From an uncultured Acidobacteriota bacterium (GTDB lineage Bacteria > Acidobacteriota > UBA6911): DNA of 64,000 nt. The stretch is from positions 480,001 through 544,000 of the forward strand of contig CAWEJX010000008.1 in NCBI GenBank assembly GCA_963809485.1. The letters are read 5' to 3'. Both the position numbers and the translations under genes were made by a program. The notes beneath the pieces were generated by a model. That model saw nothing but the letters and a program-made list of their open reading frames with translations, ran no database searches and had not been told where the DNA came from. The stretch's first letter is position 1. Every line of letters begins with the position of its first letter. This document shows positions 10,245 through 20,820 of the stretch, in pieces.

Positions 10245-11108
10245 TCAGAGGTTCACGTCACGATGGCGGACGTGGATCTCCCGTTTATGGCTTTTCAGAT
10301 GCCTGGCTAGCTCCTCTGCAACAAAAACCGAGCGGTGCCGCCCTCCGGTACAACCGACCGCTATCGTGAGATAACTTTTGCCTTCGCGAACGTAAGAGGG
10401 CAAAAGGTATTTTAAGAGATTTCCGACCTTTTTGACAAACTCCATCGTTTCGGGAAACGATCGCAGGTACTGTATCACCTTGCGGTCCTTCCCGCTTAAA
10501 TCCTTGATCCGCGGCACAAAATGGGGATTGGGAAGGAACCGCGTGTCGAACACCAGGTCCGCCTCAAGCGGTAATCCATGCTTATAGCCGAAGCTCATCA
10601 GCTGGATATTGAGGCCGCTGAATGTCGGGCGCTTCCGAAAACGCTCCGTGATCAGAGCCTTCGCCTGGTGCACCGTGTAATCGGAAGTATCGATGATGAC
10701 GTCCGCGAGCGCGGCCACCCGGCGCAGCCTCCTGCGCTCCATCCGGATCGCCTCCAGCAGCGGCCTTTCCGCCGACAGGGGATGCGGCCGGCGCGTCTCG
10801 CTGTAACGGCGCACCAGCACATGATCCCTGGCCTCGAGGTAAATCACCAGTACGCGGGCGATGGATTTCCTGAGGTCCCCGATAATTTTCCCCAGGTCAT
10901 CCAGCCTTTCGCCGGCGCGTATGTCTATGACGAGGGCCACGTCTTTTATTTCCGCCCCCTTGTCCCTCATCCCTTCACTGAATCTATGAATCAGATTTAC
11001 CGGGAGGTTGTCGACACAGATATACCCGAGGTCTTCAAAGGCCTTTAAAACGGTTCCCTTCCCGGAACCGCTCATGCCCGTTACGATGACGAGGTGGCGC
11101 AAAGACAT
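10245..11108 (-). CDS. rapZ: RNase adapter RapZ (YvcJ/YhbJ)
   Basis: VTGMSGSGK, VDNLP, RRYSETRRPHPL, SFGYKHG, GCTGGRHRSV. Confidence 0.95.
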   Translation of the reverse strand: MSLRHLVIVTGMSGSGKGTVLKAFEDLGYICVDNLPVNLIHRFSEGMRDKGAEIKDVALVIDIRAGERLDDLGKIIGDLRKSIARVLVIYLEARDHVLVRRYSETRRPHPLSAERPLLEAIRMERRRLRRVAALADVIIDTSDYTVHQAKALITERFRKRPTFSGLNIQLMSFGYKHGLPLEADLVFDTRFLPNPHFVPRIKDLSGKDRKVIQYLRSFPETMEFVKKVGNLLKYLLPSYVREGKSYLTIAVGCTGGRHRSVFVAEELARHLKSHKREIHVRHRDVNL

Positions 11109-11112
11109 ATCA

Positions 11113-11606
11113 ATTTATGATTTACGAATTACGAATGACGAATTACGAATTTAAACACACGGTGATGATTTCCGGTAAGCTGTTTGTTGTACCGGAAGTC
11201 TATTTTCTTTACGGTGCTCGGGACTGGGGCCTTCATGGGATTCACCCGTTGCGCGCCGGTTTCAGATTGGCAACTCTTATCTAATTCCATTGGTAAACCG
11301 GCTCTGCCGGGAGACTCAAAGAGTTTGACAGCTCCGTAATTTGAAACGCTGACGTACGCTGAAAAAATATAAATTTTTTTCGGCGTGGGTCGGCGTCCGT
11401 TCAGCGTGCGTCGGCGTTCAAGACCGGCCTAACGCCTCCAACCGCTTTGAGCGGTTCAAATCTTTCAAGCCTCCGGCTTTGCCGAGGTACCTGACTGCCA
11501 TTGAAGATTGCATTCTGACTATCGACTGAATAAAAAATGATCGCAAAACATCACCGCGCTTTTTAATTCGTCATTCGTCATTCGTCATTCGTAATTCGCA
11601 ATTCGT
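11113..11606. repeat. Inverted 7-mer arrays (TTACGAA)n ... (ATTCGTC)n enclosing a short IR and MITE copy 2
   Basis: Left array 11113-11151, right array 11565-11606; inner IR CGGTGATG / CATCACCG; right array overlaps the hprK 3' end. Confidence 0.88.
11289..11495 (+). mobile_element. IS200/IS605-type MITE, copy 2 (interior type B)
   Basis: ATTGGTAAA...GGCTCTGCCGGGAGACTC left end and CCTCCGGCTTTGCCGAGGTACCTGAC right end. Confidence 0.8.
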
Positions 11607-12538
11607 GAGGGGTTATAGCCGCGCTGGCGCAGAAGCTGAATCCGCGCGGCTACCTCCACCAGTGTCGCTATATTCCTTCCCGGGCCTACAGGCATCTCGA
11701 TGACAGGAACGGTTATGCCGAGGAATTCAATGGTCGACGGATCGAGTCCCAGCCGGTCGTACTCGGCGTCCGGCTTCCACCGCTCCAGCCGCACTGCAAA
11801 ATCGATATTCTGCCGCCCGCCGGTGGCGGAAACCCCGAACAGCTCCTTGATGTCTATGATCCCGAGCCCGCGCAGTTCAATATGGTGTTTGAGCACCTTT
11901 CCGCCCGTTCCGGAAAGTTTGTCGATCCCATGCCGTGTGATTTCCACGTAATCATCCGTAATCAGGCGATGCCCCTTGACGATCAGCTCCAGCGCACACT
12001 CGCTTTTGCCGATTCCCGATGGCCCCAGAATCAGGACGCCCAGCCCGAAAACTTCCAGCAGAACTCCGTGGATCGTCATCCGCGGCGCCAGCCGCTCCTC
12101 CAGGTAGCTGCTGATTCTTGCGATGCACATCGAACTGAGCGAGGCGCTACGAAAAACCGGGATCCCTTCGTCGCTCGAGACCTTGAGGAGCTCTTCCGGG
12201 ATTTCCAGGCCTTTGGTGACCACGATGCAGCAGATTTTGTTGTTCTTCAGGCGATGGATCGCCGCCGTGCGACCTTCCGGCTCGAGGGTTCGCAGGAAGT
12301 GCATCTCGCTGCTGCCGAAAATATGAACCCGGTCCAGGTGGATGCATCCGCTGAATCCGGCAAGTATCATCCCCAGCTTCTGGACCCTGGGGGACCGGAT
12401 TTGATTCTCCATGCCCTGCCCGCTCTGCAAAGACTCCAGTTTTAAAACAGGGGCCAAAGCAGCGAGTAATTCCCCTGCAGAGACGCTGTCTGCTTTCCCT
12501 TTGACATCGTCGATTATGATTCCATGGCCTTCGGGCAT
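11585..12538 (-). CDS. hprK: HPr(Ser) kinase/phosphatase
   Basis: HGVLLEVFGLGVLILGPSGIGKSECALELIVKGHRLITDD, ELRGLGII, PGRN. Confidence 0.95.
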   Translation of the reverse strand: MPEGHGIIIDDVKGKADSVSAGELLAALAPVLKLESLQSGQGMENQIRSPRVQKLGMILAGFSGCIHLDRVHIFGSSEMHFLRTLEPEGRTAAIHRLKNNKICCIVVTKGLEIPEELLKVSSDEGIPVFRSASLSSMCIARISSYLEERLAPRMTIHGVLLEVFGLGVLILGPSGIGKSECALELIVKGHRLITDDYVEITRHGIDKLSGTGGKVLKHHIELRGLGIIDIKELFGVSATGGRQNIDFAVRLERWKPDAEYDRLGLDPSTIEFLGITVPVIEMPVGPGRNIATLVEVAARIQLLRQRGYNPSRIANYE

Positions 12539-12696
12539 AGCCGGTTCCCCATCCCAGTATACGGCTTTGTCTTATGAGGCGAAGGCAGAAAACCAGCAGG
12601 ATATTAAGCGTTCGCCGCGATGCAGTGCACGCAGATCCTCCCCTGGTTTAGCAGCGTTCCTCAGAGCTTTTGCCAGCCTATGCCGGCGTTACCGGA

Positions 12697-13236
12697 TCAG
12701 TCGTGAATCAGGACAAGAGTGCCGTCTTTGCGGCGGTAAAGCACGCTGACAGTGCCGGAATCTGCATTCCGGAAGACGACAAACGGGTAATCCGAATGAT
12801 TGAGTTCAAGCAGCGCTTCCTCAACCACCATGGGTTTTCTTTGTACTTCTTCTTCCTGGATTCCGTCGCTCTTTCGAGCCAGAACTCGAGCCGCTCGCTC
12901 TCCACCTCCGGTCGATACGGCAACCGTCTTTGCTTTGGCACGCTGGCGTTTTCCTTCGATAAGCTTGCTTTTCTGCTTTAAAGCCTGGCGCTCAAGCTTC
13001 TCGATGGCCCGCACGATCGAGCTGTACATGTCGTCCGTCTGACCCTTTCCCGTCAGATCCAGTATCTTCGATTTGAGCAGGATTTCGGCCGTTTGACGCT
13101 CCTTTTCCACGTCAATAATCACGTGGAAATTGATGTCATCACCGAGGATTTTTACAAACTTGCGCAACCTTTTAAGCACATAGGCGCGTATTGCAGGGGT
13201 AATGACGACGTGTCTGCCGGTTATTTCCACATTCAT
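12697..13236 (-). CDS. hpf: Ribosome hibernation promoting factor (long HPF)
   Basis: MNVEITGRH..., DMYSSI, C-terminal KPMVVEEA...FVVFRN...VLYRRKDG domain; downstream of rpoN. Confidence 0.92.
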   Translation of the reverse strand: MNVEITGRHVVITPAIRAYVLKRLRKFVKILGDDINFHVIIDVEKERQTAEILLKSKILDLTGKGQTDDMYSSIVRAIEKLERQALKQKSKLIEGKRQRAKAKTVAVSTGGGERAARVLARKSDGIQEEEVQRKPMVVEEALLELNHSDYPFVVFRNADSGTVSVLYRRKDGTLVLIHD

Positions 13237-13336
13237 ATCGAGTTTCCCTTCCAGGTAGAAAAAACAAACGGGTTCTTGCAGCACTCAACACCGGGATAAC
13301 AGGAAAGCCTCATCAGGGAGCCAAACGCAGCAGCGG

Positions 13337-14791
13337 TCAGAAGAGGTATCCGATCTTCCGCTCTCGAGAACCGGGAACCTGCATCTGCTCGCGGTATTTG
13401 GCCACCGTGCGGCGTGTGATAAAAATATTGTCCCGGCGCAACAACTGTCCAATCTGATTGTCCGAATAAGGTTTTTTTTTGTTTTCGCCCTCGATCCACT
13501 GCTTGATTTTTAATTTGACCTGAACGATTGAAAACTCTTCGCCGTCGGAGTTTTCAACGCCCATCGTGAAGAACTTCCTCAGCTCCATCACTCCCTGCGG
13601 CGTATCGACATATTTGTTGGTGACGACTCGGCTTATGGTCGAGCTGTGGACCCCCAGTTCGCTGGCAACATCCTTAATTAGCATCGGCCGCAGGCGCGAA
13701 GGGCCGTTATCCAGGAAATCCTTCTGGCGGTTTACGATGCACACACAGACGCGGTAGATCGTCTGCTTCCTCTGATTGACGCTCCTGAGCAGATCCACCG
13801 CCGAACGGAATTTTTCCCTGAGAAAGGCCTTGGTCTCACCGCTGACACCGTTGCTTTTCAGAAGATCCCTGTAGCCGGCATTCAGCCGCAGTTGCGGCAT
13901 GCCTTCGTCGTTCAGGATAATGACGAACTCGTCGTCCACCTTGCTGATGGTCACTTCCGGCTGCACATAGGTCGCTTCCTGATTGCCGTATTTCTGCCCG
14001 GGCTTCGGGATCAGGTGCTTGATGCAATCCACCGCTTGGAGCACCTCCTCGAAATTCGCGCCCGTGTGGCTGGCAATTTCCTTGAACCTGTGGCCTTCGA
14101 GCGAAGGCAGATGATCCTGGATGATCCTGTAGGCAAGACTTTCCTTGAGATCCAGGCTTTCCAGCTGCAGCGAAAGGCACTCGCGCAGATCCCGCGCCCC
14201 GACTCCCACGGGATCCATGGCCTGCACAACTTCCAGGGCCTCAACCGCTTCCTCCATGGTGCAATTTGCCACCTGACACAGTTCTTCAAGGCTGATCAGC
14301 AGATACCCGTCTTCGTTGAGATTGCCGATGATCTGGCCTGCAATCTCCGCAATGCGAGGCTTTGCGTCCGACAGGCCAAGCTGCCAGTTAAGGTGCTCTT
14401 CGAGCGAAGGGGGCCGGGTTAGAAAGGTTTCAAACGAAGGTTTTTCGGAATCCTCGGTTTCACGGTTTTTATAGCCCGTATCGAGATATTCGTCGAAGAA
14501 ATAGCGAAAATCAATCTCGTCAAAGGAATCCGTTTCCTTGGGGCCGGGCGCGCTTTCGGCGGACACAGGCTCGTCTGTCGCCCCGGCATTCTGAATCGCT
14601 TCCTGAGGAGAATCCTGCTCGGTAACCTCTTCCAGGATCGGATTTTCAACCAGCTCCTGGTTGAGCATTTCCTGGAGTTCGAGCTTATTGAGCTGAAGTA
14701 ATTCAATTTTTTGAAGCAGCGAAGGAGTAAGGGCTAATCTCTGGCTGAGACGCAAATCCAAAGTCTGCCGAAGATATGGTTTTCGATTCAT
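13337..14791 (-). CDS. rpoN: RNA polymerase sigma-54 factor
   Basis: LSQRLALTPSL N-terminus, HSSTISR HTH, RpoN box RRTVAKYRE. Confidence 0.97.
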   Translation of the reverse strand: MNRKPYLRQTLDLRLSQRLALTPSLLQKIELLQLNKLELQEMLNQELVENPILEEVTEQDSPQEAIQNAGATDEPVSAESAPGPKETDSFDEIDFRYFFDEYLDTGYKNRETEDSEKPSFETFLTRPPSLEEHLNWQLGLSDAKPRIAEIAGQIIGNLNEDGYLLISLEELCQVANCTMEEAVEALEVVQAMDPVGVGARDLRECLSLQLESLDLKESLAYRIIQDHLPSLEGHRFKEIASHTGANFEEVLQAVDCIKHLIPKPGQKYGNQEATYVQPEVTISKVDDEFVIILNDEGMPQLRLNAGYRDLLKSNGVSGETKAFLREKFRSAVDLLRSVNQRKQTIYRVCVCIVNRQKDFLDNGPSRLRPMLIKDVASELGVHSSTISRVVTNKYVDTPQGVMELRKFFTMGVENSDGEEFSIVQVKLKIKQWIEGENKKKPYSDNQIGQLLRRDNIFITRRTVAKYREQMQVPGSRERKIGYLF

Positions 14792-14797
14792 GATTGC

Positions 14798-15529
14798 CTA
14801 TCTGAGCCTGAAATTCTCGCCCAGGTACACCTTTTTTACTTCAGCATCGTTCGTCAGCTGCTCGGGTGAGCCTTCACGCAGAATCCGTCCCTCATTTATT
14901 ATATAGGCACGGTCCGTTATATTCAAAGTCTCCCGCACATTGTGATCGGTTATCAGCACCCCGATCCCGCGTTCCTTCAAACGGCCGATAATTCGCTGGA
15001 TATCCAGCACGGCCAGGGGGTCGATGCCCGCAAAAGGCTCATCCAGCAGGATAAACCGCGGCGTCAAAACAAGCGCACGGGCTATTTCCAAACGGCGCCT
15101 CTCACCGCCCGAAAGCGTGTAAGCCCCTTGATTGCGAAGGTGCTCAATGCCGAACTCCTCCAAAAGACCCTCCGTCAGCTCGTCCCGTTTCTCCGATGAA
15201 ATATCCAATGTCTCGGCAATGCTACGCAGGTTTTCCTCTACGGACAGTTTACGAAAAACGGATGGCTCCTGCGGAAGGTAGCTGATTCCCGAACGCGCTC
15301 TCTGATACATAGGGAGACGGGTGATTTCCTCATCTCCAAGCCGGACCTGCCCGGCTTCCGGCGGGATCAGGCCCACAATAATATAGAAAGTCGTCGTTTT
15401 CCCTGCCCCGTTGGGACCGAGCAGCCCCACAATCTCTCCGCAGCGCAGCCTGAGGCTGACATCGTTGACGACTTTCCGGCCTCCATAGGATTTGCATAAA
15501 GAGGAGGCTACCAGCAGGCCGTTATTCAT
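14798..15529 (-). CDS. lptB: LPS export ABC transporter ATP-binding protein
   Basis: [51 protein letters not shown]. Confidence 0.96.
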   Translation of the reverse strand: MNNGLLVASSLCKSYGGRKVVNDVSLRLRCGEIVGLLGPNGAGKTTTFYIIVGLIPPEAGQVRLGDEEITRLPMYQRARSGISYLPQEPSVFRKLSVEENLRSIAETLDISSEKRDELTEGLLEEFGIEHLRNQGAYTLSGGERRRLEIARALVLTPRFILLDEPFAGIDPLAVLDIQRIIGRLKERGIGVLITDHNVRETLNITDRAYIINEGRILREGSPEQLTNDAEVKKVYLGENFRLR

Positions 15530-15565
15530 ACGTAAATAATTGATAATTAATAACTTAAATACTAA

Positions 15566-18058
15566 CTACTGATCCTCGATCAGAATCCTATCATCCGTGG
15601 TGAAGGATGTCAATCGGCGGGCAAAGGATCGTCCCTTGCCTGGGTCATAGATTTCGGCAGGTTCTCCGGTCACCACGAATTTGCCGGGGTCCAGGTAGTA
15701 GTCCGCGGTTTCCCCCTTGCATTCCCTGGCGCCCTGCCGGATAGCTACCTTCCCTTTCGCTGTCGCCCGCTCGATTCTTTTGCCCTGCTTGTCCAGAACG
15801 GCATCCAGGCTGGCTGACGAAAGGTTGACATCCCGGGAGCGCAGAGTGACATTTCCAGTGTAAGTTATTGAATTTTTTTCCTTTAAATACCGTAATCGGG
15901 AACTCTTGATTATCATCGGCACATTTTCTGAGTTCCTTGCCTTTTTCGCTTCCGTCTGTGGCGGCCTGGTCTCCGTGGCCCCGGAAGCTTCCGAGATTGG
16001 CACAAGGTGCACGATATCCCCCCGGGCTTCAACCTGGTTTCCTGCGCCAAAAATCTCGAGCTCTCTGGATTGAAGCTGCCCGTTTTCCGACAGCAACTGA
16101 ACGCTTCCCGAGTACCGTGCGCGTTGGTTTTCCATCCAGTATTGCAGTTCATCGGCCGTAATGATGCTGGGGGAGGTATTAGAAGCGCCGAAAAACGCGC
16201 CTCCATTCGCGGCCAGTTTCGACCGGACCCGCTTATGGACAAGAAGCAGTTTTTGCCGCTGGTCGTATTCCACGAGCTCCCCGGATGTAGAGCCCGTTTC
16301 CCGGGACACGATGAGGGGCGATTCGCTCAGAACAAGGATAGCCTTATGCGCGTCATAATCGCAGCGTCCCGCCGTTGCGGTCCTGGAATCATCCCGATAA
16401 CGGAAATTACCCCATTGAGAGACGCTGCGCACTGCGCTTTCGCGGTCCTTGAGCTCGAATGCCGCCTGCATATTTTCGCTCTCGGTGTGATATTTCTCGA
16501 GGGATGAACCGGCAGTCCGGACCGGCTTCTTTTCGTAGTCCACTCGAACGTGCCCCCGGGCATCCAGGCTTTTGAGCTGATTGTTTTCCGGGAAAAAGCG
16601 GAATTGGGCATCGTCGGCCTGCAGGCGCCGGATTTGCGGACGGGCTGCTCCATCGGCGGACGTTTCGGTCATTATGACCTTGCCGGCTGCGTGGCCCGAC
16701 TCGAGAAAGTCTCCCAGGGGGGAGTAAATCATTTCCAGCCGTGACGTCTCGAGCGTCCTCGCCGGATCACGCCGTGCGGATGGATTTTTCCGCGGCGGCT
16801 TCAGTGTCCACCGCGCTGCGCCTTCGGCATCAAGTCTTTCGATCCCGGTTTGACCTTCCCGCTTGCGGAAAGAAAGGCGGATTTCATCCGCTTCGAGTTC
16901 CTGGCTTGCGGCATCCGCAGAGCCCTGAGCAGACATTCTGGCATGCTTGCCGACCGTGAGGTTTTCGACATTATTGCTCCCGGCAGCAAATTTTGCCGTG
17001 ATCTGATCCCCTGAGATGAATGTCTCTTCCGGTCCTTTTTTCATCCTGAGACTGGCGCCGTTGCGGCTCAGGACATCGCGCGGCAGATTCCTTGCCACAT
17101 CAAACTCGATATAGATCTCCGCGCCATTCAGAGTCTGCTCCGCAGAGGGCGATGCCAACGAAAATTTCGCGTCGCCCAGCACAGCCATTCTTTCCAATGC
17201 GCCGCTGGTTTCGCCCATTCCGAAGATGATGCGCTGGCCGCTCAACTGTCTTTCGCCGCCGGGATCCCCGGAGCGGTAGACAGCGTCCTGGCTCGCCGTC
17301 AAATAGGTAAGCTTTTTCTCGTCGCTGCTGAAAATAGCCTCAACCTTTTCACCCGAGAGAGTGGAAGTCCCGGAATCCAGCCGCACATTGCCCTCGAGCA
17401 GAATGTGCCGCGCCCCCTCGGAGGCGCGCGCCCGGTTGGAAGTGGCGTGAAGCTTCTCGGTTTCAACACGCCCTCCCTCAACCGTCCTCTTTGGCATGAC
17501 CACCAGTTCGACCTCGCTCTTGAGTTCCAGCAATTTGCTTTTCTGGTCGAAATGCAGGCCGCGGGCTTTGCCGCTGGCTTCCTGCGAATAGAATTGAAGA
17601 GGATCGGAGCTCTCGCCAATACCCGAGTTCAAATCGTAGTGCAGGGACTCGGTACGCATTTCAATCCCATCGCCGAAAAACACGCGGACATCCCCGGAAA
17701 AATCGGCCAGATTCCGGTCGCGGTCGTATTTGGCCCTCTTGCTGCGAATTTCATTGCGAATGCTCCCATCCGGATTGAAATCGCGAGCTTCGATCCCTTC
17801 GAGCAGGCTTTTGCCGAGGTTCGTTTCAAGCAGTTTCTCGGCATGAATCCTGAACCGCAGTTTTCCGTTCTGGTGGTCGGAATAGTCAAGGCCTTCGGCC
17901 GATCGCACCATTTCCGAGCCGAGGACCTGGGGCGTTTTCTGGACATTCTGCGTGCGGTTATACCGGGTAAACAGGTAGTTGATCAATACGGAGAGGGAAA
18001 CGGCCACAATGATGCCGATCATCAACCGGCTAAGGATTTTAATGGCCGACGCTCTCAT
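15566..18058 (-). CDS. LptC-LptA/OstA multi-domain LPS transport protein
   Basis: N-terminal TM anchor, LptC-like region and several OstA-like beta-jellyroll repeats (e.g. AGRCDYD, YTGNVTL, ATAKGKVAI, GETADY); directly upstream of lptB. Confidence 0.8.
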   Translation of the reverse strand: MRASAIKILSRLMIGIIVAVSLSVLINYLFTRYNRTQNVQKTPQVLGSEMVRSAEGLDYSDHQNGKLRFRIHAEKLLETNLGKSLLEGIEARDFNPDGSIRNEIRSKRAKYDRDRNLADFSGDVRVFFGDGIEMRTESLHYDLNSGIGESSDPLQFYSQEASGKARGLHFDQKSKLLELKSEVELVVMPKRTVEGGRVETEKLHATSNRARASEGARHILLEGNVRLDSGTSTLSGEKVEAIFSSDEKKLTYLTASQDAVYRSGDPGGERQLSGQRIIFGMGETSGALERMAVLGDAKFSLASPSAEQTLNGAEIYIEFDVARNLPRDVLSRNGASLRMKKGPEETFISGDQITAKFAAGSNNVENLTVGKHARMSAQGSADAASQELEADEIRLSFRKREGQTGIERLDAEGAARWTLKPPRKNPSARRDPARTLETSRLEMIYSPLGDFLESGHAAGKVIMTETSADGAARPQIRRLQADDAQFRFFPENNQLKSLDARGHVRVDYEKKPVRTAGSSLEKYHTESENMQAAFELKDRESAVRSVSQWGNFRYRDDSRTATAGRCDYDAHKAILVLSESPLIVSRETGSTSGELVEYDQRQKLLLVHKRVRSKLAANGGAFFGASNTSPSIITADELQYWMENQRARYSGSVQLLSENGQLQSRELEIFGAGNQVEARGDIVHLVPISEASGATETRPPQTEAKKARNSENVPMIIKSSRLRYLKEKNSITYTGNVTLRSRDVNLSSASLDAVLDKQGKRIERATAKGKVAIRQGARECKGETADYYLDPGKFVVTGEPAEIYDPGKGRSFARRLTSFTTDDRILIEDQ

Positions 18059-18118
18059 TGAATTGAGTATAGAAGCGCCTGCAGGGGGCGTCAATGATAT
18101 GGGTATTTATTTATAGTT

Positions 18119-18263
18119 TTTCAGCGTGCGTCAGCGTTTATCGGCGTGCGTCAGCGTTAAAATATAAGGATGGGCCTCCAGAGTCGGTCTCAAAACGACC
18201 GTCGCGAGATCCTCGCCGGCAGTTATGAGACAGTCTCATGGAGAGCCGTCCTGACTGGAACCC
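18119..18263. repeat. About 145-bp dispersed composite repeat (TCAGCGT 9/11-mer array plus GGTCTCAAAA...TGAGACAG IR), copy 1
   Basis: Aligns by eye over its length with 62221-62363. Confidence 0.8.
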
Positions 18264-18285
18264 AGGATTATGGGGATTCGGGAGG

Positions 18286-18828
18286 CTAGTTTTTTTTAAG
18301 CCTGTCGGCGAAGACCTGGCGGAACTTTTCAATCTTGGGCATGATCACCACGCGGCAATAACTTTTGTCGGGATTTTTTTCGTAATAGTTCTGATGATAA
18401 TCCTCCGCCGGCCAGAATTTCTCAAAGGGAACGATTTCGGTCACTATAGGCTTCTTCCAGATCCCCGCTGCGTCGAGAGTGGCTTTGTATTCCGCGGCGA
18501 GCCGTTTCTGTTCGCTATTGTGGTAAAAAATCACGGACCGGTATTGCGTCCCGATATCGTTCCCCTGGCGATTCCTGGTCGTCGGATCGTGGGTCTTCCA
18601 AAAGACCTCCAGCAGCTGCTCATAGGAGATGCGCGACGGATCGTACGTAATCTGGGTTACTTCGGCGTGCCCGGTCTTCCCCGTGTAGACAGCCTGGTAG
18701 CTCGGACTATCCACGAATCCGCCGGAATATCCGGACACTACGATAACCACTCCCGCGAGACGCCGGAATATGGCCTCGACGCACCAGAAGCAGCCTGCGC
18801 CGAATGTGGCGAGCTGGAGATTGTCCAT
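18286..18828 (-). CDS. msrA: Peptide methionine sulfoxide reductase A
   Basis: GAGCFWCVE, TGHAE, HDPTTRNRQGNDIGTQYRS, AEDYHQNY. Confidence 0.97.
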   Translation of the reverse strand: MDNLQLATFGAGCFWCVEAIFRRLAGVVIVVSGYSGGFVDSPSYQAVYTGKTGHAEVTQITYDPSRISYEQLLEVFWKTHDPTTRNRQGNDIGTQYRSVIFYHNSEQKRLAAEYKATLDAAGIWKKPIVTEIVPFEKFWPAEDYHQNYYEKNPDKSYCRVVIMPKIEKFRQVFADRLKKN

Positions 18829-18841
18829 AAAATTTCCCCCA

Positions 18842-19559
18842 TCAGTCGATAGACCGCGCGTTGTAGCTGAGCGGTGTCACCTGCTTGGTATCGAGATTCA
18901 CCTGCCATATGTAATCGACATCCGGATTCCCGTCCGACGCGAACCGGACACGCACCCAATAAATGCTGTTTCCTCTGACCGCCGCGTCCCAGGATTTGAA
19001 TTGCAGTGAAGGATTGCTTCCCTGAATCATGCCCGCGATTGCTTTGTTTGACTCCTGCAGCATGTCATAGGCTTCCTGCTCAATTTTGCCTGTTTTATAT
19101 ACCGGCCCCGTATCTGCATCAGGTTCCGCGCCCGCAACGGATTCCGCATCCGTTAAAGCAGCCGCTGCCGGCTCTTCCGACGGCGGCGGGGATTTTATAA
19201 TCCTTTCAATTCTGATGGTCCGAGGCTGGGATGGAGTGGACGGCACGACAACGCCGCCGGGTTTCACGGCGTATACCTGATCGCTTTCAGGGACAGGCAA
19301 GCTGAACGTGACCCGGCATCTGATGCGCCGGCCGCTCGAATTCCTCGGGAAACGGTTCGAGGTTCTCACCCACCTTAAGGTTTACCGGCCGGACTTCGCC
19401 CGCCACCGCTGCCCTCAAAGTCATCATCCGCTCCGACAAACGGTTTCGAAGGGAGGGGACCGCTATCATCGGTAATCCTGCAGCCACCACAAATAAAAGC
19501 ATCGCGCCATAAACGATCGTGCGTTTTTTGTAGAAAGCCGCCGGCCCCGAAAACCTCAC
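18842..19559 (-). CDS. Hypothetical membrane-anchored protein split by one extra base at about 19300
   Basis: ORFs 19287-19559 and 18842-19369 join in frame if one T in CAGCTTGCCT is removed (717 nt). Confidence 0.6.
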
Positions 19560-19639
19560 TTTACCCCTCCTGATTCAATTATAGGACCGCCTTTTATGTT
19601 TCGCCGGCACCAAAAAGACTCGGGAATCCTGCACTTTTA

Positions 19640-19668
19640 TGCAGGGTCGGACTTCCGGCCGCCCCTAC
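19640..19668 (-). repeat. GTAG-class REP-like palindrome
   Basis: Reverse complement reads GTAGGGGCGGCCGGAAGTCCGACCC, about 20 nt after the prfB stop. Confidence 0.55.
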
Positions 19669-19686
19669 GCATATTCTGAACAGGGT

Positions 19687-20791
19687 TTACGCGCGATTGC
19701 GGACGCCTCTGTAGACAAGGTATTTGTAGATGAAGTCCTCGATATCCCCGTCCAGGACGCGGTCCGCGTTGGAGGTTTCATACTTCGTCCTGTGATCCTT
19801 CACCAGCCGGTACGGATGAAGAACATAGGACCGTATCTGACTTCCCCAGCCGATATCCAGCTTCAAATCCTCAACCGCCTGAAGTTCCTGCCTCTTCTTG
19901 GACAACTCCAGTTCGTAAAGCCGCGCCCGCAGGACCTGCCGGGCCATTTCACGGTTCCTTATCTGCGACCGTTCATTCTGGCAGGAAACCACGATTCCGG
20001 TCGGAATGTGAGTGATGCGAACGGCGGAGTCGGTGACGTTGACGTGCTGTCCGCCGGCGCCCGATGACCTGTAGGTATCGATGCGAAGGTCCTTCTCGTC
20101 GATCTGAATGTCGATTGTTTCGTCCAGTTGCGGATACACGAACACGGAAGCGAAGCTGGTCTGGCGTTTACCCATGGCGCCGAACGGCGAGATGCGCACG
20201 AGACGATGCACTCCGCTCTCGGAGGAAAGGTAGCCGTAGACATAATCCCCTTCCACGAGAAAAGTCGCCGACTTTATGCCCGCTTCTTCTCCCGGCTGAT
20301 AGTCGAGCATCTTGGTGACATAGCCGGAACGTTCGCTCCATCTCAGGTACATGCGGACCAGCATCTCGGCCCAGTCTTGCGACTCGACTCCGCCGGCGCC
20401 CGGATGGACCGTGACGATGGCATTCGACGCGTCGTGCTCGCCGGAGAGAAGCATGCGAATCTCCGTGTGCTGAGCCTCCTGCTCGAGCTTCTCGACCTCG
20501 CTCGTGAGTTCGGCGATCACATCCTCGCCCTCCTCCGCAAGTTCGGCGAGCGCCCTGAGGTCGCCGGCATCGGATGCCAATTGGGAATCTAACTGGATAT
20601 CCCGATCCAGGCGGCTGCGCGTTTGCAGCACCGTCTGTGCTTCTTCCTGATTGCTCCAAAAATCCGGTTTGGCTGCTTTCTTTTCCAGCTCGAGAACTTG
20701 TGCGCGCTTGTTGTCCGCATCAAAGATAACCTCGAATCTGCCGTATCTTTTCTTCGATCGCGTTTACCCTGTCATGAAGTTCCTCGAGCAT
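19687..20791 (-). CDS. prfB: Peptide chain release factor 2 with programmed +1 frameshift at CTT-TGA (20725-20720)
   Basis: ATG 20791, 23 codons to GAGGT-TAT-CTT-TGA-T; +1 frame continues DADNKRAQ...PDFWSNQ into the ORF containing SPF and GGQ motifs. Confidence 0.96.
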
Positions 20792-20820
20792 TCAAATCCT
20801 CCCTTGGTTATGGAATATAT

